A stretch of DNA of 64,000 nucleotides from Tubiluchus corallicola (GCA_030141605.1 JAQGDQ010000567.1:53349-117348); one strand, 5' to 3'. Positions 16,050 through 31,100 are shown, numbered from the stretch's first letter. Numbers and translations are program-made. The notes: generated from the letters alone by a model not told the origin.

Positions 16050-16758
16050 CTTATAGATTACAACTCTTTGATTTGACTTTTATGCAGATTTAGTTTGCAC
16101 GTCTGTGAAACATGTGACCATATGTGTGAATGCAAAAGTAAAGTGAAGATGCGTAAAGCTATGTGAATCTGTATGAAGCCGTTTGAAAACACGTTTGGTA
16201 GACAATCACGCACCTTATTCTTTGGAATGAAAGCAATATATGGCTGTTTTTATTACGCTTCTATATAACGTTATAATATTAAAATATAAAACCTAAAATT
16301 CATGTTAAACTGAATTAAATTTATTGAGACTTACAATTTTATTATAAACGCTAAGTTTAAAAATAGAGTAATAAACCAAAACTTAAAATTCCACCACAAT
16401 GTTTTGAGATTTAAAATAACGAATTAATTAAATTAAAACTAGTGTAAGACACTCAGCGCCACCAGAACACTGGAAAATGCTTTATAAAGTCGCATCAGTT
16501 AAAGTTGTATATATTAATCTGAATATATAAAACATTAGCACTGCAATTAGATCATAAACGCCAGTGGCGAATTTGCCAATGAGATCTTTCGTTGTCGTGT
16601 CCCGTTTTGTGGGATGTCGTTACAAAATAGTTACAAACCCATATGTATATTTTTGTCAAAATAAGAAAGAGAAACAGCCGCAATACAAGTAATCTAAAAT
16701 GTACATAAATGTGTAAGAAGACCAAAAATTAATATGACACTCCAAACAATTTTCGTTT

Positions 16759-17484
16759 TTACTGGCACACCGTGACCTGAAAACACACAATGTCGGGCAT
16801 TTTCCAACCATTGTCTTGGTAAGCTGGATATATACGAATTGCTTGGAGGTTAGCAGGGGGCTTGAATTTCACATATGAATCTTGGTCTGGAGGAAGATCG
16901 AGAACTTCTTTTTCATCGTCGTCAGTGAGCTTAACTGATAGCATTGCCCATTTGCCTTCGTATCCCTGCTCATAGATCCTCACAGCACGTAGTCCTCTTT
17001 CTCTTGCACACGCCTTCCCAAACTTTATTTCGCCCACAAATGGATACTTTCCCCCGTTCTTTTTGAACTGCATGCGGATGCTTGTGGAATTGTACTCCTT
17101 CTTCTTCTTTCCCAGGTTCAGATTTCCCATTTTTCCACCATGAAACCATTTTCCGTCTTGATCCACGGTGTAGTTCCACAGGTTTTCCAGTTTAGTTGAC
17201 GTTACGTTGTCGCCAACTCCTTTGTCGTGATAGAGAGACGCACAGTCTTTGTCACATGTCTTGGTATTAAGACAGGTTAATCCGTTAGAGTATTTGGGTT
17301 CTTTTTCGACAGTTTTCTGGCACTCAGTGTCAAGGGCAGCGCATTCCAAAACGTTGAATTCATACATCAACCCGGTATTTACAGGTCTCCGAATTTCTGT
17401 GTTAACCTGTCCTTCAACTCCACTGTCCAAGAAACCCAGCAGTAGTGACATCATCAAGGTCCTGCAAAACTTTACTGTATCCAT
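16759..17484 (-). CDS. Intronless predicted secreted protein, 241 aa: Cys-rich N-half and degenerate discoidin/F5-8 type C-like C-half
   Basis: Longest ORF in the window, with raised GC. Hydrophobic N-terminus (LMMSLLLGFLDSGVEG) resembles a signal peptide. C-terminus KFKPPANLQAIRIYP...W...IVCFQVTVC resembles the FA58C end motif FxPPIxARYIRIxP..W...CLRxELxGC. Minus-strand AATAAA candidates near 16320-16345. Confidence 0.75.
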   Translation of the reverse strand: MDTVKFCRTLMMSLLLGFLDSGVEGQVNTEIRRPVNTGLMYEFNVLECAALDTECQKTVEKEPKYSNGLTCLNTKTCDKDCASLYHDKGVGDNVTSTKLENLWNYTVDQDGKWFHGGKMGNLNLGKKKKEYNSTSIRMQFKKNGGKYPFVGEIKFGKACARERGLRAVRIYEQGYEGKWAMLSVKLTDDDEKEVLDLPPDQDSYVKFKPPANLQAIRIYPAYQDNGWKMPDIVCFQVTVCQ

Positions 17485-18560
17485 GTTAGACAGATGTGAT
17501 TTCGTGAATTATGTCTCCCTTTCAAATGTCTGCTTTTACTTTCTGTGTTCCTTCATATTAATGAATGAATGACGACAAATTAAGAAGAAAACTGATTGTT
17601 ACATAATTCATTGTTAACGCTTTAATAATGTAGTTCCAGGTTTTTTCCTAGGCAGGCCTATAAAACGAGAATCCATAATGATTGTTCTGGGATTCCGTTC
17701 TACTTCCAAACTTCATGTTTCATTTACGTTTTTCGTTTTTACCGACCCTAATTTAGGCGCTGTTTGATGATTCAATCCACCACATTAATATTTTATGTTT
17801 TGAGTAAACTCATACTTTAATGATTTTCAGCTGGTTGTTCACGCAAACTACCCTCTGGTCTATCTGTCCATTTAGTCTTATTCCAGGCTTATTCAGTCCA
17901 CGAGGACATTGTTCTTCAATCGAATCTTACTCAAAATAATAATGCAGAGTGGAAGAGATTTCAGAGATTTCACTTAATCAGTCTGACACGCACTGCAATG
18001 TATGTAAGAAAGTAGAGAATATGAGGGAGTAAGATGGATAGTGAGTTGGCCAGAGTAATGAATAAGTTGGCAAGGAAATAAGTGAACAAAAAAGTGAGCT
18101 CTTCACTGAGGGGGTGAGCATATCACGTCACTGAAGGAATGGTCAGACAAAGTGGATAACTAAGTGAATAAGAAAAGAATCAAATTGCTAAGTGAATTTG
18201 CGAATGTAATTGCTAAAAATGATAAAATAAGCACAGCATTTACAACTGAATACTAACCTAAAAACAAACAGCAATAAGCATTTTAGTAAAAATAGCAAAA
18301 AAGAAATAAAGCTATTGCCAAAATGTTCACTTGTGCTAAAAAGTGATTGCTTTGCAATATTTTCTGTATGAATTTCACTCACACATGATTTTATTTTTAA
18401 ATTTTATTTCCCCGTCTACTTAGTGTATTATCGAAAGAATTTTACACATAATACAATTAATTGAATTACGTGATAAAATTTAGCTATATGAATAAGTATT
18501 CATTTTCTTAATTGCTTTTTTCACAGTTCTCGTTCGATTTTGTCTTCCTGGCGGTGGCTT

Positions 18561-18633
<73 letters not shown>

Positions 18634-19063
18634 ACCCAACCATCGATCACCCTCTACGCTCTCCCGTTTTTTCGGTTTCATTTCTACCCCTTCGTTCTTA
18701 AATTTCAAAATTCATGTCGAGTTCGCATCAAAAACACATTGAAGAATACTGAAAATACACCTCATGGTATCCTAAACGTAGCTAGTATCTAGCGAGTACA
18801 TAATAATTGTATTCAAATTCAAGCCTAAATGAGGCTGTGTCATGGACGACTAAAAAATTTTGCACGGGCAGAAATTAGCTACCTTTAAGAGCATTATAAT
18901 AGCAGTGCAATAACTGTAGGTTTATTTATGTCTCTTCTGCGACTATAGTATACGGACATCTTGGTCATCACGTTAAGTCGCAGCGGTGATCTTGCATTAC
19001 TTTGAGAGAACATCGAATCGCCCATGCACATTTGATTTCCCGCAGAGGCACACGTTGTTGAAA
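17485..19063. promoter_or_regulatory. Putative divergent promoter region between the secreted-protein gene and QARS1
   Basis: 1.58 kb between two outward-facing start codons. Contains (TC)n at about 18565-18626. YY1-like AAAATGGCGG overlaps the QARS1 ATG. Position-based inference. Confidence 0.45.
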
Positions 19064-19174
19064 ATGGCGGAACTAATTGAGCTTTTTATGAGCATTGGCT
19101 TAAGTGAAAGTAAAGCAAAAGAAACCTTAAAGAACAATGTTCTTAAAAGTCAGTTGTGTGATATAATAGAAGAA
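19064..19174 (+). CDS. QARS1: QARS1 exon 1
   Basis: [24 protein letters not shown]...IIEE, then gtacga. Confidence 0.93.
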
Positions 19175-22100
19175 GTACGATTTCTAACTATTTCTGTTAG
19201 TTTCCTGAGATATATATAGTCATATTACAGATAAATTGACCTTATGATGAAATCTTAGCTTCATTGATTTTACAATAATTTGTGCCTTGTCTAGTGACTC
19301 TAGTTACGATCATTAAAAGTATTGTTGACAAGATTTTTGAAATTTAAGTGAAAGAAACTGGATGATTTTCTAGATCACATTTCATACTGTGGCCTATTTG
19401 AAAATCTGTGAATTGTTATCTGTGATGATAAAATTTGATTTTGAGTTAGTCTTTGAAACAATGTATCTAAACAATTAAATAAGATAGTTAGTAATTAAAT
19501 CATATTCCAGGATGTTTTTCAGGTGCAGTTTACCCATAGTGCACATTTTTAGCTCCGTTTTTAAGATATGCAGGTTCAAACGTACTGAAAGTGTAAATTA
19601 GACACTCGTGAATAAAAATAAATGGCGTACACCTTATGAAATCCATGAAATAGAACGAGCTGGGCACTAAAACTTAGCACGTGTTAGATCACCAGTGTTG
19701 TGCTGTTTTTGAGAATTTTCAAGCAAATTTAAGATGGTCACCTAGAAAGTTTTTAGAAAATTCAAGTGATTCTAAAATCAAGGAATCATCATTGACGGTT
19801 TTCCTATGTACTTATTGCAACAATATTTATAAAAGTCTTAGCTTTTTAAGTGCCAATTCTTTAAATATTTCGTCCTGCGTGCATCCTGCTTGCGATATGT
19901 TTGGCCGCTGGATGACGCTATATGTTTCTGTTAACGGTGCCCGAGACACGTCTTTATATTTGTTTCTTTGACCAAAAAATGTTTTTTGTCTGTGAAAATA
20001 AAACTATATGTACACAGCTTATAGCTAAAGTATTTTTTCAAGATTTGACAGACAAAATAATCTGAATAAATCAATTGATTTCATATTTTTTTAACTTAAT
20101 TACAGGCAAGAAAGCATATAAAAGATGACATCAGTAAGCCAACAGGAAATTTGCTGTATCACATAGCAACACGCATGAAGAGTCAAGTTCAACCACGAAT
20201 TCCGTTTCTAGTCGAGTATGTTGTGTCAGAAAAAATAAGTTCAGAACTACAGCTGAATGGTTAGTATTCTTTCCTTGAAACTTAATCGAATTTGTTAAAA
20301 TCAGTTACGTGGTAAAATTTCGTTCAATGCAGAAATATACTGCTGTCCACTTTTTACGGAGGCAGGACTGATGGCACCGCGGCCCACATCGTGCGGCATG
20401 TCCCAATTAAGTCCTTCAACACCAAACCAAAACAAAACCCGAATAATAGAGTCGAAATGACAATTTATTACTAAATATTACACCCCCAATAAGGAACAAA
20501 CAGCTTACCTAGAAGAATGGAGTTTGCGGCAAAGCCTGTGAAATGTTAACAGAGCTGCAATGAAAGACACGACCACTGACGAGGGTCTACAGCAGACCTT
20601 CCCTTTTTATAAGCTCACGTGTGCACGCGACTAGTGGCTTTTACTAACGCAAGGTCAGAATACGAGTCTGTGCTAGATAAAGCCACGTTCACATGCACAC
20701 CTGAGAAGTCTACTGTATTCCCCTGCCAGCATTACACTTCATCTCATCACAAATTTGTTTTTAGCTAGTTTATCTAGTGATGTTCTAATTCTCCTCCACT
20801 TCCACTTTACAGAAAGTCAAAGTTGTTTATTATTAGTTTCTTGTAACTTGTTGATCATTTTTTTATTAGCTGCATTAGAATACTTACTTCATCATGCAAT
20901 TGGAGAGATTGACGTGGCAGAATTTGAACAAGAATGCGGCGTTGGTATCTCTGTTACGCCGGAACAAATTGAAAATGCAGTAAGTAAAGAAATATTTATA
21001 TGTGGCACCCGTAGTCAGATTAATGAATGTTAAAAGTTTAAGTTGACAGTAATTTTTTAAAGAGAAATGAAGTAAATTACACTCTGATAATATTTACGTC
21101 AGGGGTGTGCAAATTATCTGCCTAGCCGGGCCACATTAAACTTTTCCGTAATTCCTGTGGGCCACAGACAATTTGATCAAGGAGCCAAGTACAGAAAGGC
21201 CTAATAAGGATTTTTTTTGCATCCGACCTGCGTATATCATTACTACAACACTCAAGAAACTATTTTAGAAGTTATTAAAATTTATATTACAAACCATATA
21301 TTTCTACTTTCAGGACAGATAGTGGTAATTTCATTACAATGCATATTAGTAATGTGTATCACACAGTCTGTGTAGTACAGTAACATTAAGCTACAACCAT
21401 CTTGTAAGGGTTAATGGCATCCGATTTAGTAGAAAAAACTACCTGCACTATCTTTGGGGTCGTGGCACGGACTTCAGCTGATACACTCAATTAATCGCCC
21501 AGGCTGCAATTTGCACACCTCTGATTTACGTCAAAGAAAGGGCATTCTTTTTATAGTGGACATAGAAGGAGGCTGCTGTACATGAGTTTCATTAAAAAAA
21601 ATATGTGTTGTTTTCTTGTCAATAGGACATTCCTAATCTGAAGGACAAGATTATCAGTGTTTTATACCTTAAATTTAGGAGCTGTGTGATGTTGAACAGC
21701 AGTTTGTCTATCATTCTTTAACAGAATTTGTGGAAAATTTCTAATATATGTACTGTTATAATATAATATATATTATAAATATTAAACTATTTCTTAAGTT
21801 TTAGAATTTGCGAAATTATGATGTAACCGTATTAAACTAAACAGATTTTTATTTACGCGGTCTTTCTATTTTTATTTTTATTTTTGTATGCATGCTTATA
21901 TATATACTGTGTTTCACCAATTGCAAAAGTTTGGATTTCGCATTTATTGTGAATGTTGGCGAAACAAGTCATAGATTTAGAGGTTTGACTTACTGGAAAA
22001 GTTAGTGCCAACCTAAAGTACAATAATTTGTCAATGAAATCTTTCATTTTATTGCTGCTCAGTAGATCTGTGTAAAACAAGATGATTCTGTTTATTTCTA

Positions 22101-25100
22101 AACCATTTCCCAACCGAAATATCTGTAATAAAGGTTAGGTTTGGATTGAATCTAACCCTTATTAAAATTTTTGCATTTTTATTTTGTTCTGTGTGCATCT
22201 TTACTACAAATGTTGTTTGATTCTGAAAGAAACAATTTGACTTTTAACTTTGTTTTTATTGTGAATGCAGGTCGAACAAGTTGTACAGAAATACAGGTCT
22301 GACTTGGTTGACAAACGATACCAGTTTAACATGGGAATTATAATGGGTACGTTACTAGGTCTTTTATATTTGTTTCGTTTACTCATCCATTCTTTTTTTA
22401 TCAGGTTCACATGACAGTGGGCTTATACAAGCCTTTGCTTCTCTAGCCCACTGCAGTACAATTATTCTTTTATGATAACGATAGTGTATGAAACATAACA
22501 ATTTAATACAGTAGATGTAATAATTTTGATGTCACTGTGTGCTTAATGTCATTATATTGTACTGAATGTGATAATAATAATAATATAATAAAAAAAAATT
22601 TTCAGTGATTTTGACCCGATCGTCTTTTTGTCATTGTTACATTGCCTTTATTTTCATGCTAGTGAGTAAAAAATTAAAAACAAACAACTGTCACGAATGA
22701 TAAGAGCTTTTTGTTCTCGAGGTCTAAAAATCTTTTCCTTTAAAAACTGTCAACTGCCTTTAGGGGATATGGCTTTACTCAGCATAATTTTCAATGATTG
22801 TTAAGCACTGCTGGTTTCAATGAGCACACGAATGGCTAATTACTGTAACTTTAGATGAAATATGCTAGTCTAGCAAATGACATTGAAAATTGTTGTTGCA
22901 ATTTGAGTGTGCGCATGTTTATGATTACTACCAATTGTTTAGATATAAGTTTTTGCGCTTATTTCGTTTTTTTTCTTCTATTTCTTATTCTGTGTCTTGT
23001 AGACACTGAAGTATTACCATTTTTTCCGTCCTCTCTGCAACTAACAGCTTAAATTTTTGTGATCTTAAAGCCAAATTTATTTCTCGCAAATTGTTATTTT
23101 TCGGTAAGTTGCTGTGAAACACCGACAGCAGCCATTTCGGCAATTTCATAAGCACATTTTTTCCTAAAATCTTTAATATGGGCAATCATTATGGCATGAA
23201 AAATGCATGTTAAAAAGATGATTTCCCATATTTCTATGCATGAGCCACTTGACAATGATTGAAAATGATCATAAAGCTGAAATCGATGCGTTTCAAAGGC
23301 GAAATTACAGAAACATTTTGCGTATTAGATGGCCAAAGAAAATTTCAAACAAAGATCTATGTGAAAAAATAAAAGAAGAACCTTGGGCAAGAAAAATAAA
23401 AAGACGCCGTTTAAGATGGATTGGGCATATGCTTAGACTACCTGATGATATTCCAGTGAAGATAGCTCTTCAACAAGCCATAGAACCAGCTAAAAAACCT
23501 GCAGGAGGACAAATGTTAACATATTTAGATTTTGCACAGAATGATTTAAACACTTCAGCATTGATCCTTAGAAATAAATCCACTTGGGGCATTGCAGCGT
23601 GTAGGGAGTCCTGGCATAGAGAGGTGAGCAGAATCATGGCCCTGGACGTGTGATTCATTGGATGATGATGAATGATTGAAAATACATTATTTTTTCTATA
23701 GCAGTTTAGTTTTTGGATAAAACGGTGATTGTATTTAAATTTTTTTTAAAGTTGAATGATATCACTTATTTTGCAATAATCACTCTCAGATTTTGTATTT
23801 GGCACAATTTACTTATCCACAAATTATACTTTTTAATGTGTGTTTTGCATTTTTTTGTAATACTAACCTAATTTGTAGCTTATTATACATTACTATTACT
23901 ATCATATATCAAAACTATCACTTATTATTGCAAATATGTCTTTTGTCGAGCAAAGTATATTTTTATATGGTACTTTTGTACAGAAATCGAAATACAAATA
24001 AAACTATTTGTGTTTATTCGACGAACGGTAGACCTGTTAGACTTAAAAGTTATCAGAAGTATATTAAAACAATCTGTGTTTTAATGCTTTAATGGATTTT
24101 CAAATATTATAATACATTTTTCTAATTCTTTATCATTTTTCCTTAATATCAAAAAGTACTACCCTTCAGTCAATTCCTTTATTTTGTTTTTATTTTGACG
24201 GATTTCACAGGCGTTGGATCTGTTCACCTGTGTCTTGCCCTATGACTCGAGTCAAACTTGCCTAATCCAACTTCTTGGCCCTTGTGGCTAGGTGGCGCTC
24301 TTTGGTAAGGATCATAAGAACGCACAGTGCTGCTCCGTGTCCTAAGATGCGCCTTGCCAACAACAGATTATTATGATTATGATCACTAAGTTTTTGAAGA
24401 AATGAGTCGTAACATCAGCCTCATTGAGACACTCTTGTAATTAAACCTTTGATCTACTAATGGCCACCAAAGCTGCAAAAGTGCAAATGGCTCTGATATG
24501 ATAATTTCAGAGACAAGAATTAGAAAAACTGATTAAAGCATAACATCTACATGTCACAACTTTTAAGTTTAGCTATTTAATGATGATGATGATGATGATG
24601 ATGATGATAAAATTCCTTAAATTGTTTAAAATTGTTTTAAAATTGTACATCAAGAATGGTAAACTACAGATGCCAAAAAGTGATGTTAAAGTCAGTGTAG
24701 GAAACTGTTTCAAGTAACAGTGTTACTAGACTAAAGTAAAACTAGATTTAAGATATAAACACATGTGAAATTCTGATTACATTAGTACATTTTGTAAGCT
24801 CACATTGAATATGCTACACATTAAATACAATACGTAGGGTGTTTACTATGTGTACAATATAAAATATATTGTGTTCAAACGGCTGACTATCAAGAGGGGG
24901 TGAATAATTTCGAAGATTCAATGGATATTCCGTAATATGTCCAGCCTCAATATTATGCGGTCCTGTTGCATTTATGAGAAGGCGTTTGCCAAGTGTAAGA
25001 AGATGTTATAAAGATCGCAACCAACTTCTCAAGGTCCTAGAATCAACAGACGAGTAGAACTTTGGAATGCCCAAATTTGATATAAATCTGGTCTAATGTT

Positions 25101-28100
25101 ATATAGGTTTTCCACGTCGAATGTAGACCTACATTAAGTCAAATGTAGATTTAGATAATTCAAATGTGTCTTCTTAACTCAAATGTAGACTTAGGTAGTT
25201 CAAATGTGTTAACAATGGTTTTCAAGAAATCTTAAGTGTTTTTGGTAAGTTAAATGTGACATTGGTATCTCAAATGTGGATAGGTGGTAAAGCTTAAGGA
25301 TGTTAAATTTAATCTCCTTTGATCTTAATTTAATAATTGCTGTGAAAATAATAACTTTACTAATATTAGGTCTACTAATAGTTCACTAATATTCTGTAAA
25401 CTTTACATACCATTGGAACTGTTAGAGAAAACAATACATTCTTAAAATAAACAATGTTTCTTGAGAGAAACCAATTCATTAATGCAGTGCTAATGCATTA
25501 CTTAAAAAACTAATTAGTGATTCACTGTTCATTGGGAAGTCAGTTGTGGTTTATCAAAGAATTTTGTTTGAGGATAAACAACGCATTTTTCAAAGTTATG
25601 AAAGAGCTGATGACTATCTTTGGTTTATCTTTTTGTAATTTGCGCTTAAATGAGTTAATTACTGATTTATTTAAAGTAATGCATCTACAATTGACTTACC
25701 TAAGTCACATTTGAGTTACCAAAACACACTTGAAATTCCTACATCTACATTTGACTTACCTAAGTCACATTTGAACTTTCCTGTGTCTACATTTGACGTG
25801 TAAAACCTATAATACTTTTTCAAATTTCTGTTATCAACAAAAGTTACAATAGATTCGCATGATTTACACCCAGTACAGGGTGACCCAATTGATGGCATTT
25901 TCATTGTAGGCGAAACTAGGAAAGCTTTAAAATGGGCCGATGGAAGAATGCTGAAAAATGAAGTGGACATGCAAATTCTTGATCTACTTGGTCCCAAAAC
26001 TGCCGGAGACATTGAACGGGCTAGCGGCAAGGGAAAAGAGAAGGGCAAGAAAGGGAAAGATGTAGGAAAGAACATTGTAAAAGACAAACCGCTTGCAAAT
26101 GACATTGAAGAAAAGAAAGTGGGTACGTTATTAAACTAAGATAAAAAGAATAATATAAAATGTTGATAAAGCAAAAACATAAAAGTGTGGGTTGTTAGTG
26201 CTGATGTGAGTTGATGTTGATAATCTGTACTTCTGTTCGGTTCTCTATGGTCACAAAATTGCACCAAAGCCCCCGGCCTGTTTCAGAGTTTTTTGCAATT
26301 TGTCATTCTCATCCCTGAATTGTTAACAGTAGGCAATTGTTCATCGTATTTACCTGTGTAAATATTCAACGATATTAAGAAATAAGAACTAATTTACGCA
26401 TGTGAAACTTTACGTATGACTTTATATGGTTTATTTACTCTGATTGTTGATCACTACAGGTGAAGCGACGTCTGTAGGTGAGCTCATGAAACGGACGCTG
26501 AACTTTCACAAACCCGGTGAAAATTACAAGACCGAAGGATATGTAATCATGCCCAAAACCATGGAATTGTTGAAGCAGCATCTAAAAGAAACGGGAGAAA
26601 AGGTGGAACGCCGTATTTTTTTATGTAAAATAGTGAAAATTTTGCCAGTATTTTAGCAATGAAGGCACGTTAGCAGAAACAGTTTGCTTTACATATACTT
26701 ATTACATATATATTTGTGGGCTTATGTGTAATTCTAACGTATATGTGAAAGAACAACCTAACAGTAATATACTCCTGAGATGAGATACTAAAATTGTGAA
26801 CAATTTGGGATTTGAACCAGAGATGTTATGATTAGAACCATTAACTTTCGATACTGAATTCTAAGTGCTGACTTTCGTTGCGAAATCATGATACTATTCA
26901 ATTTAAAATTATGGGTAACCATGTGATATCATAGCATATTCTGTAGTTTGCTTTTACTTGTGGTCAAATATTTGTTGTTATGTTTAATGATAATAAATAA
27001 TAATAATAATAATCTTTATTTAAAGTTGGCTTTTGGGTCAACAATTAACATTAGCTCAAAGAGCTATTATCACCGACTGTAAATAACAACCTACAACTAC
27101 ATAACAGAGACTATTATTACCCCACTTTTGCCCTAAATACCACGGGTCAGGCAGGGCAACAGCATGTACCATTTTTAAAGTTTTTGGTACGACCCGGCCG
27201 CTGGTTCGAACTCACGAACTCCTAGACGGAAAGCAGACGCATTACCACTAAACTAAACCATCTTGTTTAACCTATGTAGGTAAACAAAATGGCTTTATGA
27301 ACTGAATAAATCAGTAAGTTTCAGTGAAATATAGGTGGCGTGACTGTGTCTCATTGTACATTAAGCCTCTTGGGATTTAGAATCGTGTATAACAAGAACT
27401 AAAAACAGAAGAAGAACTTAGTCAATTGTATAGGTGATAACAACATGTTAATATTACTAATATACGTTATCTGATATTCTTGTTATTGTTATAAAAATGT
27501 TGCAGATGTTAAGGTTTCCTGTACAAATTCGATAAGTAATTTGTTCAGGAGTCGTATCTGCTAGATTAACATAGGTGGTCTAGTAAGCGTGGTATTGTCC
27601 TGTTTGTGATTGGACCACGAGTCTCTCCATCTACAATGTACATTTTCTTTGCAAAGCAGTAGTGTACAACTGCGTGAATGTGTTGGACAAAATCCTAGTT
27701 ATCTAGTATAAATTTGCCGAATTACAGCTTTACTTTTATTTTAATTGATGCTGTGAAAACTAAACAGCACTTAACCGTGTCACTAGTGACATTTTTGGCA
27801 TATTATTGTCGATAAAAGATGATGGTTTAAGAGTGAAAGGGTTGATTCCTAACATTGCTGTGAAACTAAGTGTAGTCGGGCTTATCATAGAATTGTGCGT
27901 CTTTGCCTGTGTGATATGGTGACATATAATGGTTTAAGAGTGAAAGGGTTAATTGCTAACATTCTGTGAAACTAAGTGTAGTCGGGCTTATCATAGATTG
28001 TGCTCTTTGCCTGTGTGATATGGTGACATATAATGGTTTAAGAGTGAAAGGGTTGATTCCTAACATTGCTGTGAAACTAAGTGTAGTCGGGCTTATCATA

Positions 28101-31100
28101 GAATTGTGCGTCTTTGCCTGTGTGATATGGTGACATATAATGGTTTAAGAGTGAAAGGGTTAATTGCTAACATTACTGTGAAACTAAGTGTAGTCGGGCT
28201 TATCATAGAGTTGTGCGTCTTTGCCTGTGTGATATGGTGACATATAATGGTTTAAGAGTGAAAGGGTTAATTGCTAACATTGCTGTGAAACTAAGTGTAG
28301 TCGGGCTTATCATAGAATTGTGCGTCTTTGCCTGTGTGATATGGTGACATATAATGGTTTAAGAGTGAAAGGGTTAATTGCTAACATTGCTGTGAAACTA
28401 AGTGTAGTCGGGCTTATCATAGAGTTGTGCGTCTTTGCCTGTGTGATATGGTGACATATAATGGTTTAAGAGTCCCCAAAAGAAAGGGTTAATTGCTAAC
28501 ATTGCTGTGAAACTAAGTGTAGTCGGGCTTATCATGAATTGTGCGTCTTTGCCTGTGTGATATGGTGACATATAATGGTTTAAGAGTAGGGTTAATTCCT
28601 AACATTGCTGTGAAACTAAGTGTAGTCGGGCTTATCATAGGTTGGCGTCTTTGCCTGTGTGATATGGTGACATATAATGGTTTAAGAGTGAAAGGGTTAA
28701 TTGCTAACATTACTGTGAAACTAAGTGTAGTCGGGCTTATCATAGAGTTGTGCGTCTTTGCCTGTGTGATATGGTGACATATAATGGTTTAAGAGTGAAA
28801 GGGTTAATTGCTAACATTGCTGTGAAACTAAGTGTAGTCGGGCTTATCATAGAATTGTGCGTCTTTGCCTGTGTGATATGGTGACATATAATGGTTTAAG
28901 AGTGAAAGGGTTAATTCCTAACATTGCTGTGAAACTAAGTGTAGTCGGGCTTATCATAGAGTTGTGCGTCTTTGCCTGTGTGATATGGTGACATATAATG
29001 GTTTAAGAGTGAAAGGGTTAATTGCTAACATTGCTGTGAAACTAAGTGTAGTCGGGCTTATCATAGAGTTGTGCGTCTTTGCCTGTGTGATATGGTGACA
29101 TATAATGGTTTAAGAGTGAAAGGGTTAATTGCTAACATTGCTGTGAAACTAAGTGTAGTCGGGCTTATCATAGAGTTGTGCGTCTTTGCCTGTGTGATAT
29201 GGTGACATATAATGGTTTAAGAGTGAAAGGGTTAATTGCTAACATTGCTGTGAAACTAAGTGTAGTCGGGCTTATCATAGAGTTGTGCGTCTTTGCCTGT
29301 GTGATATGGTGACATATAATGGTTTAAGAGTGAAAGGGTTAATTGCTAACATTACTGTGAAACTAAGTGTAGTCGGGCTTATCATAGAGTTGTGCGTCTT
29401 TGCCTGTGTGATATGGTGACATATAATGGTTTAAGAGTGAAAGGGTTAATTGCTAACATTGCTGTGAAACTAAGTGTAGTCGGGCTTATCATAGAATTGT
29501 GCGTCTTTGCCTGTGTGATATGGTGACATATAATGGTTTAAGAGTGAAAGGGTTAATTCCTAACATTGCTGTGAAACTAAGTGTAGTCGGGCTTATCATA
29601 GAGTTGTGCGTCTTTGCCTTTGTGTGAAATGGTGACATTTAAGAGTGAAAGGCTTGATTCCTAACATTACTGTGAAACTAAGTGTAGTCGGGCTTATCAT
29701 AGAGTTGTGCGTCTTTGCCTTTGTGTGAAATGGTGACATTTAAGAGTGAAAGGGTTAATTGCTAACATTGCTGTGAAACTAAGTGTAGTCGGGCTTATCA
29801 TAGAATTGTGCGTCTTTGCCTGTGTGATATGGTGACATATAATGGTTTAAGAGTGAAAGGGTTAATTGCTAACATTGCTGTGAAACTAAGTGTAGTCGGG
29901 CTTATCATAGAATTGTGCGTCTTTGCCTGTGTGATATGGTGACATATAATGGTTTAAGAGTGAAGGGGTTAATTCCTAACATTGCTGTGAAACTAAGTGT
30001 AGTCGGGCTTATCATAGAATTGTGCATCTTTGCCTGTGTGATATGGTGACATATAATGGTTTAAGAGTGAAAGGGTTAATTCCTAACATTGCTGTGAAAC
30101 TAAGTGTAGTCGGGCTTATCATAGAATTGTGCATCTTTGCCTGTGTGATATGGTGACACTGGAAATATTCAGTAGTTTTATATTTGCTTGTGGTATTTTT
30201 AATCATTTTTAGAACACGCTTTATCGTTTTGGGTGGGAAAAACATTAATCAGTAGCATAACTGTTTGTTGATTAGGTAGTGACAAGGTTTCCCCCGGAAC
30301 CAAATGGAATTTTACATATCGGACATGCCAAGGCCATAAATATAAACTTTGGTTATGCTCAGGTAATTGTTACATTGATTTACTATATATTTAGCAATGA
30401 GAGAAATGGACAGTTAATCAGAGTTAACTTTGATATTATAAAAAGACCATAACTCATAAATTGCAGCTGAGTGGTTTGATGATTGTGGTATTAACGTATC
30501 CCAAAAGCCCCTGGTTCAAGCTCTTATGCAGTTTTTTACGAATCTTTCAATTTTCCACGCAAAATCTAATGAACATTGTATTTACTCCATCGGAATGTCT
30601 TATTAATGCTAAAATCGAAATTAAATGTAATTAAGCACATTTGCTTGTTAAATTGGAAATGCTTTGCATTTTTACTTGAATTGTTTATTTTGCAGTCAAA
30701 CAATGGGATTTGTTACCTTCGCTATGATGATACAAATCCGGAAAAAGAAGAAGAAGAGTTTGTACGATCTATAAGAGATATGGTTTCCTGGTTAGGTAGA
30801 GTTGAGCATTATTACTTGTCACTTTCACTGTATAAAATTTGCAGCTTAAAATTTGCACTTTAAATAAGGAACGACCAGCTTACCCACAGGAACAGAGTTT
30901 GCGAGAAAAGCCCGAGAAATGAGAACAGAGCTTCACACTTTACGAAAGACACGACCACTGACAAGGGTCTACAGCAGACCTTCCCTTTTTATAAGCTCCG
31001 GTGTGCAAGGTCAGAATACGAGTCTCTGCTAGATAAAGCCACGTTCACTTGCATACCTGAGAAGTCTACTGTATTCCCCTGCCAGCATTACATTTCATTT

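Noticed and set aside
27190-27265. tRNA gene (also near 42125-42197)
   Set aside because: A and B boxes are present but there is no clean cloverleaf or acceptor stem, and the sequence continues into a SINE body and tail.
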